Positions 55,544 through 64,000 of a DNA stretch of 64,000 nt are shown here, in pieces. Location of the stretch: the NCBI GenBank assembly GCA_963727255.1, contig CAVSFC010000002.1, positions 384,001 to 448,000 on the forward strand. Direction: 5' to 3'. The notes under the pieces were generated by a model that was not told where the DNA came from, did not search any database, and saw only the letters and a list, made by a program, of their open reading frames with translations. Numbering within the stretch: the first letter of the stretch is position 1; the number at the start of each line of letters is the position of its first letter. The stretch comes from an uncultured bacterium (lineage in GTDB: Bacteria; Babelota; Babeliae; Babelales; Vermiphilaceae). The translations under genes and the position numbers were made by a program.

Positions 55544-56277
55544 ATGAATTTTGTAAAAAAAATATTAGCAATTTCGTTTATTGGTCTATCGATGCAGGCT
55601 TTTGCTGAACCTATTGCTCTTGAGTTTTCGGATAAAACAGTGAATTACGATAGCGAAGATTTAAAAGATGGTCAGGAGCCCGATCATCGAGCAGGTGATC
55701 ATCGACTACCCAGTTTGGAATGGGTCCTCTTGGGAAGTAGTGCCCAACAAAGAAAAAAAAGCACAACTTCCATTGATTGATGCAAAAACATTTGCATTTA
55801 TGGTGAAGTTGGCAAAAAAAGATGATGCTGCTCTATTTAATTTTATCGATTCGCTCGATGAGCAAGCGTTCCGATTGATCTGCTTATATACACAATCGAA
55901 TCCAAGAACGAAGAATTGCCGAATTTCTGAAATATAAAATGTTCAAAGATCCTGAGTTTCAGAAAATTACGGAAACTAAGAAAGATATCATTAAAGCTTT
56001 TATCGGCTATAAATCTTGGATCGCGCGAAATGATGGCTCAGGAATGCTGGAAAATATCTCTATTAAATATCTAGGCAAAGAGATTTCGATGTATAATGAT
56101 GGTCAGAATCAGGGTAACTATCAAATATTCGGCATTCTTGTGCTTGTGCATCTTTACCAAGAAACTCTCAAAAAGCCATTGCCAATCAATACCGATCATT
56201 TAAGAAAAGTATTTAATGCGCAAACTCATGAAATTCAACAAACATTACTTACTAAAAATTTAGTCACTGTATCCTAA
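55544..56277 (+). CDS. Tandem paralog with Skp1/BTB-like N-terminus (frameshifted)
   Basis: IALEFSD..RSPIIE..LPLIDAKTF..K.DD..F.FIDSL shared with upstream gene. Confidence 0.55.
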
Positions 56278-56291
56278 TGGAGGCAACACAT

Positions 56292-58884
56292 ATGAACCGC
56301 TATTTATTATATAGTATTCTTGCAAGCGCAATGATTATTGTCCCGGCGCATGCAGGAATGAATAGGCCCTATAATTCAAACAATCCTAATAATTTTAATA
56401 ATCAAAACGGTAATCAGAACCGGCGGATACATTCAAAATCCACAGCCATATAATCCAAACGGAAATATAGTTGCTCCCGTTGTGATTAAAGGATTCGCAG
56501 CGTTAGCAGGATCTGTGCCTGAAGAATTGGTTGAATTCGCAAATCATTTTAAAGACGCAAACCTTAATTATAATAGTATGTATGGCATTAAGCCTCGTGG
56601 AATTTTTTTGGTAGGGCAAACGGGTAGCGGTAAGACTACCATGGCAAAGGCGCTCTCGGAAGAATTAGATTGCCCATTTATGTATCAAAGTGCTGCAAGT
56701 TTAACTGCAGAAGATATTCAAGAATGTTTTGCTCAAGCAAGAAACAAAGCACAAGCGAGTAGACATAAAAAGACGATACTGTTTCTCGATGACTTCGATG
56801 TTTTTGCAAATGTAAATAATCAAAAGCTTTCAAATGATGCCATTGCATTGTTGAATGAGATGGATGGATTTTCCAAAGATGATTCAGTGATTGTCATTGG
56901 CGCGGGTACCCGTGCAGAAAATTTTGAAAAATCATTTTTACGTTCGGGCCGCTTTGATAAAGTGGTTGAAATGCTGTTGCCAAATCCTGCCGAACGAGAA
57001 GCCATGCTTAAGAAATTTAATCAAGATTCAAAAATTCCATTTGATGCGCGTCTTAATTTGACCAGGATTGCACAGTTTACCTATAATTTTACGCCCGCTG
57101 ATTTAAAAGAGTTAATCAACTATGCCCACATCTTTGCTAAAAGAGATCAGGCATCGGCAATTACTGAAAAGCATATGATCGAAGCAGTAATAAAGGTGCT
57201 TCAAGCTAAGGGCCGCATCGATAAAGATGTATCAGTACGCGTAAAAGTTATGTTAGCCCTTCTCAGTCAGAAAAAAGATGAAAAGAAAGGTTTTGCCCGT
57301 TTAGTTGGCGAAGTGCCTGATGAAATTACTGAATTAGTAAAACAGATTAAAAATGATGAAGTGTATAGAAAATATGGATCTTGAACTTCCCAAAGGTATT
57401 TTGCTTTCTGGGCCTCCAGGAACGGGTAAAACTTCTTTAGTGCGAGCACTTTCAGAAGAAGCGGGCTGCGAATTTATGGCGGTTTCTGCCGCAGAATTTG
57501 CTGATCAGTTCGTTGGTGCCGGTGCGCAAAAAGTTCGTGATCTTTTTAAAGAAGCGCGCCAAAAAGCGCAAATAGCGAATCCAAAAAAACAATCATATTT
57601 ATTGATGAGCTTGATTCTATTGGTAAACGCCAAGGTAATTCTTTTGATTCAACTATTACCGAGTTATTAACCCAAATGGATGGTTTTGAAGAAGACAATT
57701 CTATCATCGTCATGGCTGCTTCAAATCACCCGAACAATATTGATGCTGCATTATTACGTCCCGGCAGATTTAGCAAGATTATCAAAGTTGGCTTTCCTGA
57801 TGTGAACAAACGTGAACAAATCTTAAAACTTTATACTTCAAGTATTCCGCTTGATGCTGATGTTAATTTAAGAAAGATAGCTGAAGCTACTAATAATTTT
57901 AGTCCTGCAGATTTAAAAGAATTAGTTCAAAAAGCATCAGCGTTTGCATTAAAAGAAGATATTAAAAAGTTACAAGCAAAAGCATTTTGTTGATGCGATC
58001 AGAAAACGCTGAAAGAACGAATGATCAAAGGCGATAAAGATATTCAGCAACAGTTGGATGCTCTTGATGTGATTTTCGGTGGTAAAGAAACCACCAAAGG
58101 ATTTAAGCGCATAGTCGGTGGAATTGATCCTGCTATTGAAGATTTGGTCAAGATGATCAAAGGCGAATATAATTATGCCAAATTTGGCGTTCCATTTCCA
58201 AAAGGTGTTTTATTAGCAGGCCCTCCAGGAACCGGTAAAACAGCACTTGCCCGCGCTATCGCTGAAGAAACCGGATGCGAATTTATTCAAGCAAAAGGCT
58301 CTGAATTTATTGAAAAATATGTCGGTGTCGGTGCGCAGCGTGTACGCGATTTATTTAATGATGCACGTACAAAAGCAGAAGGTAATCGATTTGGTAAAAC
58401 CATCATCTTCATCGATGAAATTGATGCGGTCGGATCTCGTGCAACTGCCGATAATTCTGAAACGAAACAAACGATCACCGAATTACTCACGCAAATGGAT
58501 GGTTTCTATAAAGATGAATCGGTGATTGTGATGGCAGCAACCAATGCGCCGGCATTATTAGATCCTGCGTTAATGCGTGCAGGTCGATTCGATACGATGA
58601 TCGAAGTGGCGTTTCCTAACTTTGAGAAACGAAAAGCGCTGTTTGCATTCTACTGCAAAGGCAAACCAATGGATTCTCGAAATCATTCGATTACCCTTGC
58701 AACCGCAATGGAAGGATGCAATGCGGCGGATATTAAGAATTTGGTTGATAAAGCGGCACAACTTGCCATGAGAGCACGCCAAACAACGGTGACGCAAGCT
58801 AATTTTGATCAAGCACTTGCTGAAATTAAAGCTGCTGAAGGCCAAAAGAAAGGCACGTATATCCTGCCCGATAAGGTATTCTAA
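56292..58884 (+). CDS. Signal-peptide protein with three tandem AAA+ ATPase modules (frameshifted)
   Basis: Walker [46 protein letters not shown]; each module starts KGF..(L/I).G. Confidence 0.75.
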
Positions 58885-58886
58885 TT

Positions 58887-59363
58887 ATGAATAAAACAGT
58901 TATAACACTGGTAACGCTTATGGCAGGCTCTGCGTCTGCCATGCAGCGCCAAATAGAGCATGCCCAGCAGCAGCAACTAGAAAAAAAGAAAGATATAAAG
59001 CATACCTCTGAATTTAAATCGGAACAAGAAGTGCTGTTAGCTGATTTAAAAACTGATATGGCTGCTGCAACGACCGTTTTCTTTAATAATAAAAATGATG
59101 TGGCGGCTATTAATACTGCTGAGCCATCTATAGAAAAAGATCATCAGCGGATTTGCCCGTGTTGCCATGATTATAGCGTTAATTGCCCCGATGACCTCAA
59201 AAGATTGGCACGGGGATGGAATTTAACATGTGGATGCATCATATGTGGAGGTTCAGACGAACCTTTGAAGGTTGCTTTAATTGTCCTCGCATATGCAGCT
59301 AAAGACGTGGCTGGTGCCGCAGTAAGAAAAATTGGTTCAATTTTAGGGGTTCACGATGAATAA
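58887..59363 (+). CDS. Exported protein with Cys-rich zinc-binding-like C-domain (paralog 1)
   Basis: ..ASA|MQR, LLADLK.DMAAA, ICPCC..C..CGCIICGG. Confidence 0.7.
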   Translation: MNKTVITLVTLMAGSASAMQRQIEHAQQQQLEKKKDIKHTSEFKSEQEVLLADLKTDMAAATTVFFNNKNDVAAINTAEPSIEKDHQRICPCCHDYSVNCPDDLKRLARGWNLTCGCIICGGSDEPLKVALIVLAYAAKDVAGAAVRKIGSILGVHDE

Positions 59364-59774
59364 GAAAATAACATTTTGTTTACTACTGTTGGCCAGTATT
59401 AATGCGCCTGCCATGCAACGCCAGAAAGAACAAGAACCCAGCCTACGCCAAGAGGCTTCGGCGGACAGGCAGCAGCAGCAAAAACAGAAAAAGAAAGATA
59501 AGCAAAAGCAGCATAATCAGGATAATAAAAATCCTGTGGAGCAACCAACTGCTGATCCAGAAATAGATGATTTAAATGCTGAGATGGCAGCGATCGTCCA
59601 TGCTGTTGAACAGACTTATGGCTCAGTGCAAGGGATGATGACCCAAAAGAGCATAAGCGGATCTGCCCAACTTGCGGTAGGCCTGCAGAAGTTTGTGAAG
59701 CTGATCGGGGCCGAATAGCCCATGGCAATATCATGCTCTGCGGATGCCCTATTTGTGGTGGTTTACAAATTTAA
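59356..59774 (+). CDS. Paralog 2 (frameshift near 59640) with in-frame 33-nt repeat
   Basis: Alternative frame gives KEHKRICPTC..CGCPICGG; PSLRQEASADR is encoded by the repeat. Confidence 0.7.
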
Positions 59775-59791
59775 AATAGAAGGAACTTATC

Positions 59792-60181
59792 ATGAATAAA
59801 AAAATAGTAGTATTACTGAGCATGCTCTTAACTATTAATGCTATCGGTATGCAGCCCAGTCTACGCCAGAAGGCTTCCGACTTCGTTAAAACTTCGACGG
59901 ACAGGTCGGCGGATAGGCAGCAGCAGCAAAAAAAAGATAAAAAGAAGCAACACTGGCATTCTCATGATGATGAGATAACTACAGCTATCATAGAACCTCG
60001 GCTCGACGATGCTTTATTGGCTGATTTGAAAGCTGATATGGCCGCAGCCATGCAAACTATTATTAAAGAAAGTGGCTCAGTAGATATTTTTGTTAAAGAG
60101 CATCAAAAGAGAAAAAAAATGGTACTCTGCCCTATTTGCTTTAAGCCAGAGTGTCCTTTTTCTCGAGAAGAATACGAGTGA
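59792..60181 (+). CDS. Paralog 3 with nested in-frame 63-nt repeat
   Basis: LLADLKADMAAA, CPIC..C; PSLRQKA-SDFVKTSTDR-SADR. Confidence 0.7.
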   Translation: MNKKIVVLLSMLLTINAIGMQPSLRQKASDFVKTSTDRSADRQQQQKKDKKKQHWHSHDDEITTAIIEPRLDDALLADLKADMAAAMQTIIKESGSVDIFVKEHQKRKKMVLCPICFKPECPFSREEYE

Positions 60182-60187
60182 ATCAAT

Positions 60188-60232
60188 TTAAACAAACAAG
60201 CGCGCCTTTAATCAGCGCGCTTGTTTGTTTAA
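60188..60232. terminator. Bidirectional terminator
   Basis: ttaaacaaacaagcgcgc..gcgcgcttgtttgtttaa between convergent genes. Confidence 0.85.
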
Positions 60233-60234
60233 TC

Positions 60235-60498
60235 TTATTTTGATTGTTTTCTATCGCAGCTATTTTTTCTGTATAACGCTTTATCTCGCGGTCGGCAAAA
60301 ACATTGGCCGTCTTCTTCATCATATTTTGGTGTATCTTCAGGCATAATTTCTCGTGGCCCGCATTTTATCGAGCAGTAACAACTGCACGCATTTCTTTCC
60401 CTGCCGCATTGACCTCTGCCGCATAATTTTTTTTCTGGTTCAGCTGTAATAAGAATGCATGAGGACATGCTTATCAGTAATATAAGATATTTAATCAT
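60235..60498 (-). CDS. Small exported Cys-rich protein
   Basis: Signal peptide, CGRGQC..CSCYCSIKC..CFC..C, GGGAG RBS. Confidence 0.7.
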   Translation of the reverse strand: MIKYLILLISMSSCILITAEPEKKLCGRGQCGRERNACSCYCSIKCGPREIMPEDTPKYDEEDGQCFCRPRDKALYRKNSCDRKQSK

Positions 60499-60603
60499 AA
60501 AAAACTCCCCTAAAAATAATTAATACTATGGGAATAATGGCATTTTATGAATTGCAAAAGCAATAAAAAACTTATTGCGAGGCATTGTAGACAATTTCAT
60601 TAA

Positions 60604-60778
60604 GAGCTTATTCGAAATTTCGAATTTCAGACTTCCCCCCCGTTCGCTTCCTTCGACTCGTAGCGCTCGCTCCCGCCGTCGCCAGAGGCTATGGCGGTCA
60701 AGAATGCTCGGCCTGCTCGCCGAAGCCTTGTGCGTAGGCTGGGCTCGAAACGAACGGTTTTAGTTTTCGAATAAGCTC
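60604..60778. mobile_element. 175-bp MITE with 14-bp TIRs and TAA target duplication (IS5/IS1031-like ends)
   Basis: GAGCTTATTCGAAA (60604-60617) and TTTCGAATAAGCTC (60765-60778); TAA at 60601 and 60779. Confidence 0.8.
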
Positions 60779-60790
60779 TAATTCTATTGG

Positions 60791-61096
60791 CTAAGATGCT
60801 TTTAATGAGAGTTGCATTTGTACACCCATGGCATTAAAAATAGAAGTAAGATTATCATATGTTGGATTGCCTTCTTCTGAAAGCATACGATAAATATTCT
60901 GACGAGGTGTATCTGCGGCTTTTGCAAATGCTGTAATATCGCCTTGAGCATCGATAACATTTTTTAAAGCGATTAAAAATGCTTTTTTATCCCCAGAAGC
61001 TAATACATCATTAAGATATGCAATTGCAAATTCAGGATTTCTTAATTCTTTTTGAATGGTATCTTTGAATTCTCTGGATTGTCTTTTTTTTGTCAT
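60791..61096 (-). CDS. Addiction-module antidote protein (HTH)
   Basis: AIAYLN..FLIAL..A..A...RQNIYRMLS..GNPT. Confidence 0.88.
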   Translation of the reverse strand: MTKKRQSREFKDTIQKELRNPEFAIAYLNDVLASGDKKAFLIALKNVIDAQGDITAFAKAADTPRQNIYRMLSEEGNPTYDNLTSIFNAMGVQMQLSLKAS

Positions 61097-61370
61097 GGTT
61101 TTCCCCCGGTATGATCAAGTAAATAGCCATATGTTTTTTTTAGGGCTTTCTTGATAATAATAAATCCTAATATCCAGGGCCGAAATCAATCACGATTTCA
61201 TACAAATTCGGGTACCCGCTAATTGGCTTACAGGCTCCCAAATTGCCGCCTTCAACTCGAGTCACCCGACCTGCAATAATTGCTTGCGTTTGAATCTCAA
61301 GAGATTTGCGCCACTGCGTAAATGGTTTTTTGCCTGAATTTGTTTTATAAACTTTTGTATTTATTACCAT
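61093..61370 (-). CDS. RelE/HigB-like addiction-module toxin (frameshift near 61168; end approximate)
   Basis: GKKPF..W..L..R..R...GNLG..K.I..YE..IDFGPGY. Confidence 0.8.
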
Positions 61371-61376
61371 TCTCTA

Positions 61377-61404
61377 AGTGTAACATATGTGTGACAGGTG
61401 TCAA
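61377..61404 (-). promoter_or_regulatory. Putative sigma70 promoter and operator of the toxin-antitoxin operon
   Basis: TTGACA-16 nt-TACACT; imperfect IR TGTAACA-tatg-TGTGACA (61379-61396) overlapping the spacer and -10. Confidence 0.55.
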
Positions 61405-61431
61405 GATTAAGAACGTGACCCCCCAGTATTT

Positions 61432-62694
61432 TTATGCAAATAAAAAGAAGATTAAAAGCCCATTAACAATTACAATCGAACATCCAACACCAAAGGCAGC
61501 GATTTTGATTGTTCTAGAATTGGTAAATTCGCCCATAATCTGAGGATTGCTCGTGAATTGAATGAGTGGAAAAACGGCAAAAGGTAATTGGAGACTCAGA
61601 ATTATCTGGCTAAAAATCATCATATGCGATAAACATCGTTCGCCAAAAATAAAAATACCAATTAAAGCGGGGATTATCGTGATTATTCGGCCGATTAAAC
61701 GGCGAATCCATGCGGGAAGACTAACGTTAATGAATCCTTCTAAAATGATCTGTCCAGCCAATGTCCCAGTTAATGTAGAATTTTGGCCAGAAATTAATAA
61801 TGCCAATGCAAAAACAAAACTGGCAACGGAGGTACTTAAGAGGGGAGTAAGTAAATGATAGGCATCTTGAATTTCGGCAACATGATATAAGCCACGTTCA
61901 AAAAAAATTGCGGCCGCAACAATCAAAATTGAGGCATTTACAAAAAAAGCGAAAGTAAGCGCACTACATGAATCAATCGTCGAATAAAAGATAGATTCTT
62001 GTTTTTGTATTTCTGGAGTTTCTGGATCCTTTTTGAGCAATGCCGAATGAAGATATAAATTATGAGGCATCACAGTAGCTCCCAAAATACCGATTGCAAG
62101 ATAGAGCATGTCGGGATTCTTTATAATTTCTGGCGATGGTAGAAATCCGAGTAAAACGCCACTCCATGATGGTTGAGCGAGAAAGATAATAATGGCAAAG
62201 CAAGCAAAAATTGCGCCGATGAGTGCGGTAACTATTATTTGCAGCATCTTTACATGATTTTGCGAAAAAGCGAGCAATAATAAAACATCAGCTGCGGTTA
62301 TGCAAACTCCCCATGTTAAAGGGATGCCAAATAAAAGTTGCAGGCCAATGGCCGAACCAATTACTTCTGCAAGATCAGTTGCAATAACAGCGAGTTCTGC
62401 CAAAACCCATAAAAGAAGTGAAACGGGTTTTGAATAATAATCGCGGCAGGCACGCGCTAAATCTTTGCCGGTAACAATACCCAGTTTTAGCGCACAATAT
62501 TGCAAGAGCATTGCCATAAAATTGGAAATTAAAACTACACAAAGCAAGGCATAGCCAAACCGTGAACCGCCGGCAATATCAGTTGCCCAATTTCCTGGAT
62601 CCATGTATCCGACGGCAACCAAATATCCCGGCCCGGTAAAGGCCAGAAAACGTTTTACGAATAAAAAAAATTTTGAAGAATGTGCGATATCCAT
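61432..62694 (-). CDS. mntH: Nramp family Mn2+/divalent cation transporter
   Basis: GYMDPGNW, GATVMPHNLYLHS, TGTLAGQ. Confidence 0.95.
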   Translation of the reverse strand: MDIAHSSKFFLFVKRFLAFTGPGYLVAVGYMDPGNWATDIAGGSRFGYALLCVVLISNFMAMLLQYCALKLGIVTGKDLARACRDYYSKPVSLLLWVLAELAVIATDLAEVIGSAIGLQLLFGIPLTWGVCITAADVLLLLAFSQNHVKMLQIIVTALIGAIFACFAIIIFLAQPSWSGVLLGFLPSPEIIKNPDMLYLAIGILGATVMPHNLYLHSALLKKDPETPEIQKQESIFYSTIDSCSALTFAFFVNASILIVAAAIFFERGLYHVAEIQDAYHLLTPLLSTSVASFVFALALLISGQNSTLTGTLAGQIILEGFINVSLPAWIRRLIGRIITIIPALIGIFIFGERCLSHMMIFSQIILSLQLPFAVFPLIQFTSNPQIMGEFTNSRTIKIAAFGVGCSIVIVNGLLIFFLFA

Positions 62695-62713
62695 ACCGTT
62701 CAGTATAGCGGTT

Positions 62714-63868
62714 TCAATCGACTTGAATAAGATACTTTTTATTTTTTAATTTTTCTGGCAATAAGCATTCTTTAGTGTATTTTTCATACCCTTTGCCATA
62801 ATCCAAGTCTTTCATAAGTTTAGTTGGCGCATTGCGAATATTCAGAGGAATGGGTAAGATTGCCTTCATTTTTTAACATCATCCACAGCTTCAAAATAGG
62901 CATAATACGAAGCTTTACTTTTAGGCGCTTGTGATAAATAGCAAACTCCATGAGCTAAATTAATAGCCGCATTCAGGATAGCCAATAATTTCAACCGCTC
63001 TAAATACATTGTTAGCGATAGTTAAGCGCTATGGATCTTCAAGGCCAATATCTTCAGATGCAAATATTACCATCCTACGAGCAATAAATTTTGGATCTTC
63101 TCCCGCCTCCACCATGCGAGCAAGATAATAGAGAGCTGCATCGGGTTGGCTCGCGCGCATAGATTTAATAAAGGCCGAAATAGTATTATAATGTTCTTCT
63201 GCTTTTTTATCATAGCGTAAATGAGTATTTTGTATGGTATTTTTTAGATTTTCTACCGTGATCTGTTTATAGAGTTTATGGGTATTTTCGAGTGTGGAAA
63301 TTACTTGGCGTGCATCCCCATTTGCCATACGAATAAGCCAATCTTTGATTCCTCAAGTCATATAGCATGCCAGTGCGTTCAATGATAATTGTCATTTCGT
63401 CAGCGACTGAGTTCTTTTAAGACAAAGACTTTGCAGCGAGAAAGAAGCGCCGGAATTACTTCAAAACTTGGGTTTTCCGTCGTTGCGCCAATTAAAGTGA
63501 GTCACCGGATTCCACATAAGGGCAATAAAAAGTCTTGTTGTGCTTTATTAAAGCGGTGAATTTCATCTAAAAAGAGCACTTTGGCTGCTTGATCGTATCG
63601 TAAATTTTTGCTTTGTTTCAAGAATCTTTCTAATATCATCTTTGCCGGTTGAAACTGCAGAAAGTTCATAATAATCAGCATCTAGTGCTTTAGCATATAT
63701 TCGGGCAAAGGTTGTTTTGCCTACTCCTGGAGGTCCCCAGAGAATAAAGCTAAAAAGATGCCTTTTTTCAATAGCAATACGCAAGGGTTTGCCCGGGCCT
63801 ACTAAGTGAGTTTGGCCGACAAACTGATCAAGGGAAAGAGGACGAATTTGGGATGCGAGCGGCTGCAT
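62714..63868 (-). CDS. rarA: Replication-associated recombination protein A (frameshifted)
   Basis: [44 protein letters not shown]. Confidence 0.92.
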
Positions 63869-64000
63869 AGCTTTTTTGAAATTTTTATTAAATGGTATTT
63901 TGAAGCAAAATTCTATAATGCAATTATACCATAGATAGACTCAGAATAATACTTATTTTGATAGATAATCCTTAATGATCCGGACATTTTCTTCGATCCT

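Noticed and set aside
39039..62694. Metal-uptake island (mgtE, mgtA, mntH)
   Set aside because: The genes are about 7-11 kb apart and unlinked; ordinary housekeeping

Overview
AT-rich bacterial chromosomal segment. Its gene content most resembles Candidatus Dependentiae (Babeliota/TM6) protist endoparasites; this is inferred from gene content and not verified by search. Housekeeping genes (alr, rlmB-like, ftsQ-ftsA-ftsZ, pgeF, secA, hisS, cdsA, yraN, bamD, gspE/pilB, rluD-like, mgtE, tRNA-Lys/Glu, arfB, MgtA-type ATPase, mntH, rarA) are mixed with many signal-peptide orphans carrying eukaryote-like domains (ankyrin, F-box-like, WD40-like, TRAF-type zinc fingers, Skp1/BTB-like, triple AAA+). 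Many genes, including essential ones, are split by single-base frameshifts in patches, which looks like long-read indel error. Main signals: (1) a family of 30/33-nt hairpin repeats that nest inside each other, inside larger MITE/PATE-like elements, at a tRNA 3' end, and in-frame inside proteins, with empty/filled site pairs visible in the window; (2) a recurrent 'signal peptide then Met-Glu/Asp/Gln/Asn' N-terminus on about 18 proteins, mostly effector-like; (3) an F-box-like/ankyrin/CaaX protein with Legionella AnkB-like architecture; (4) a set of Cys-rich beta-barrel and fibre surface proteins.
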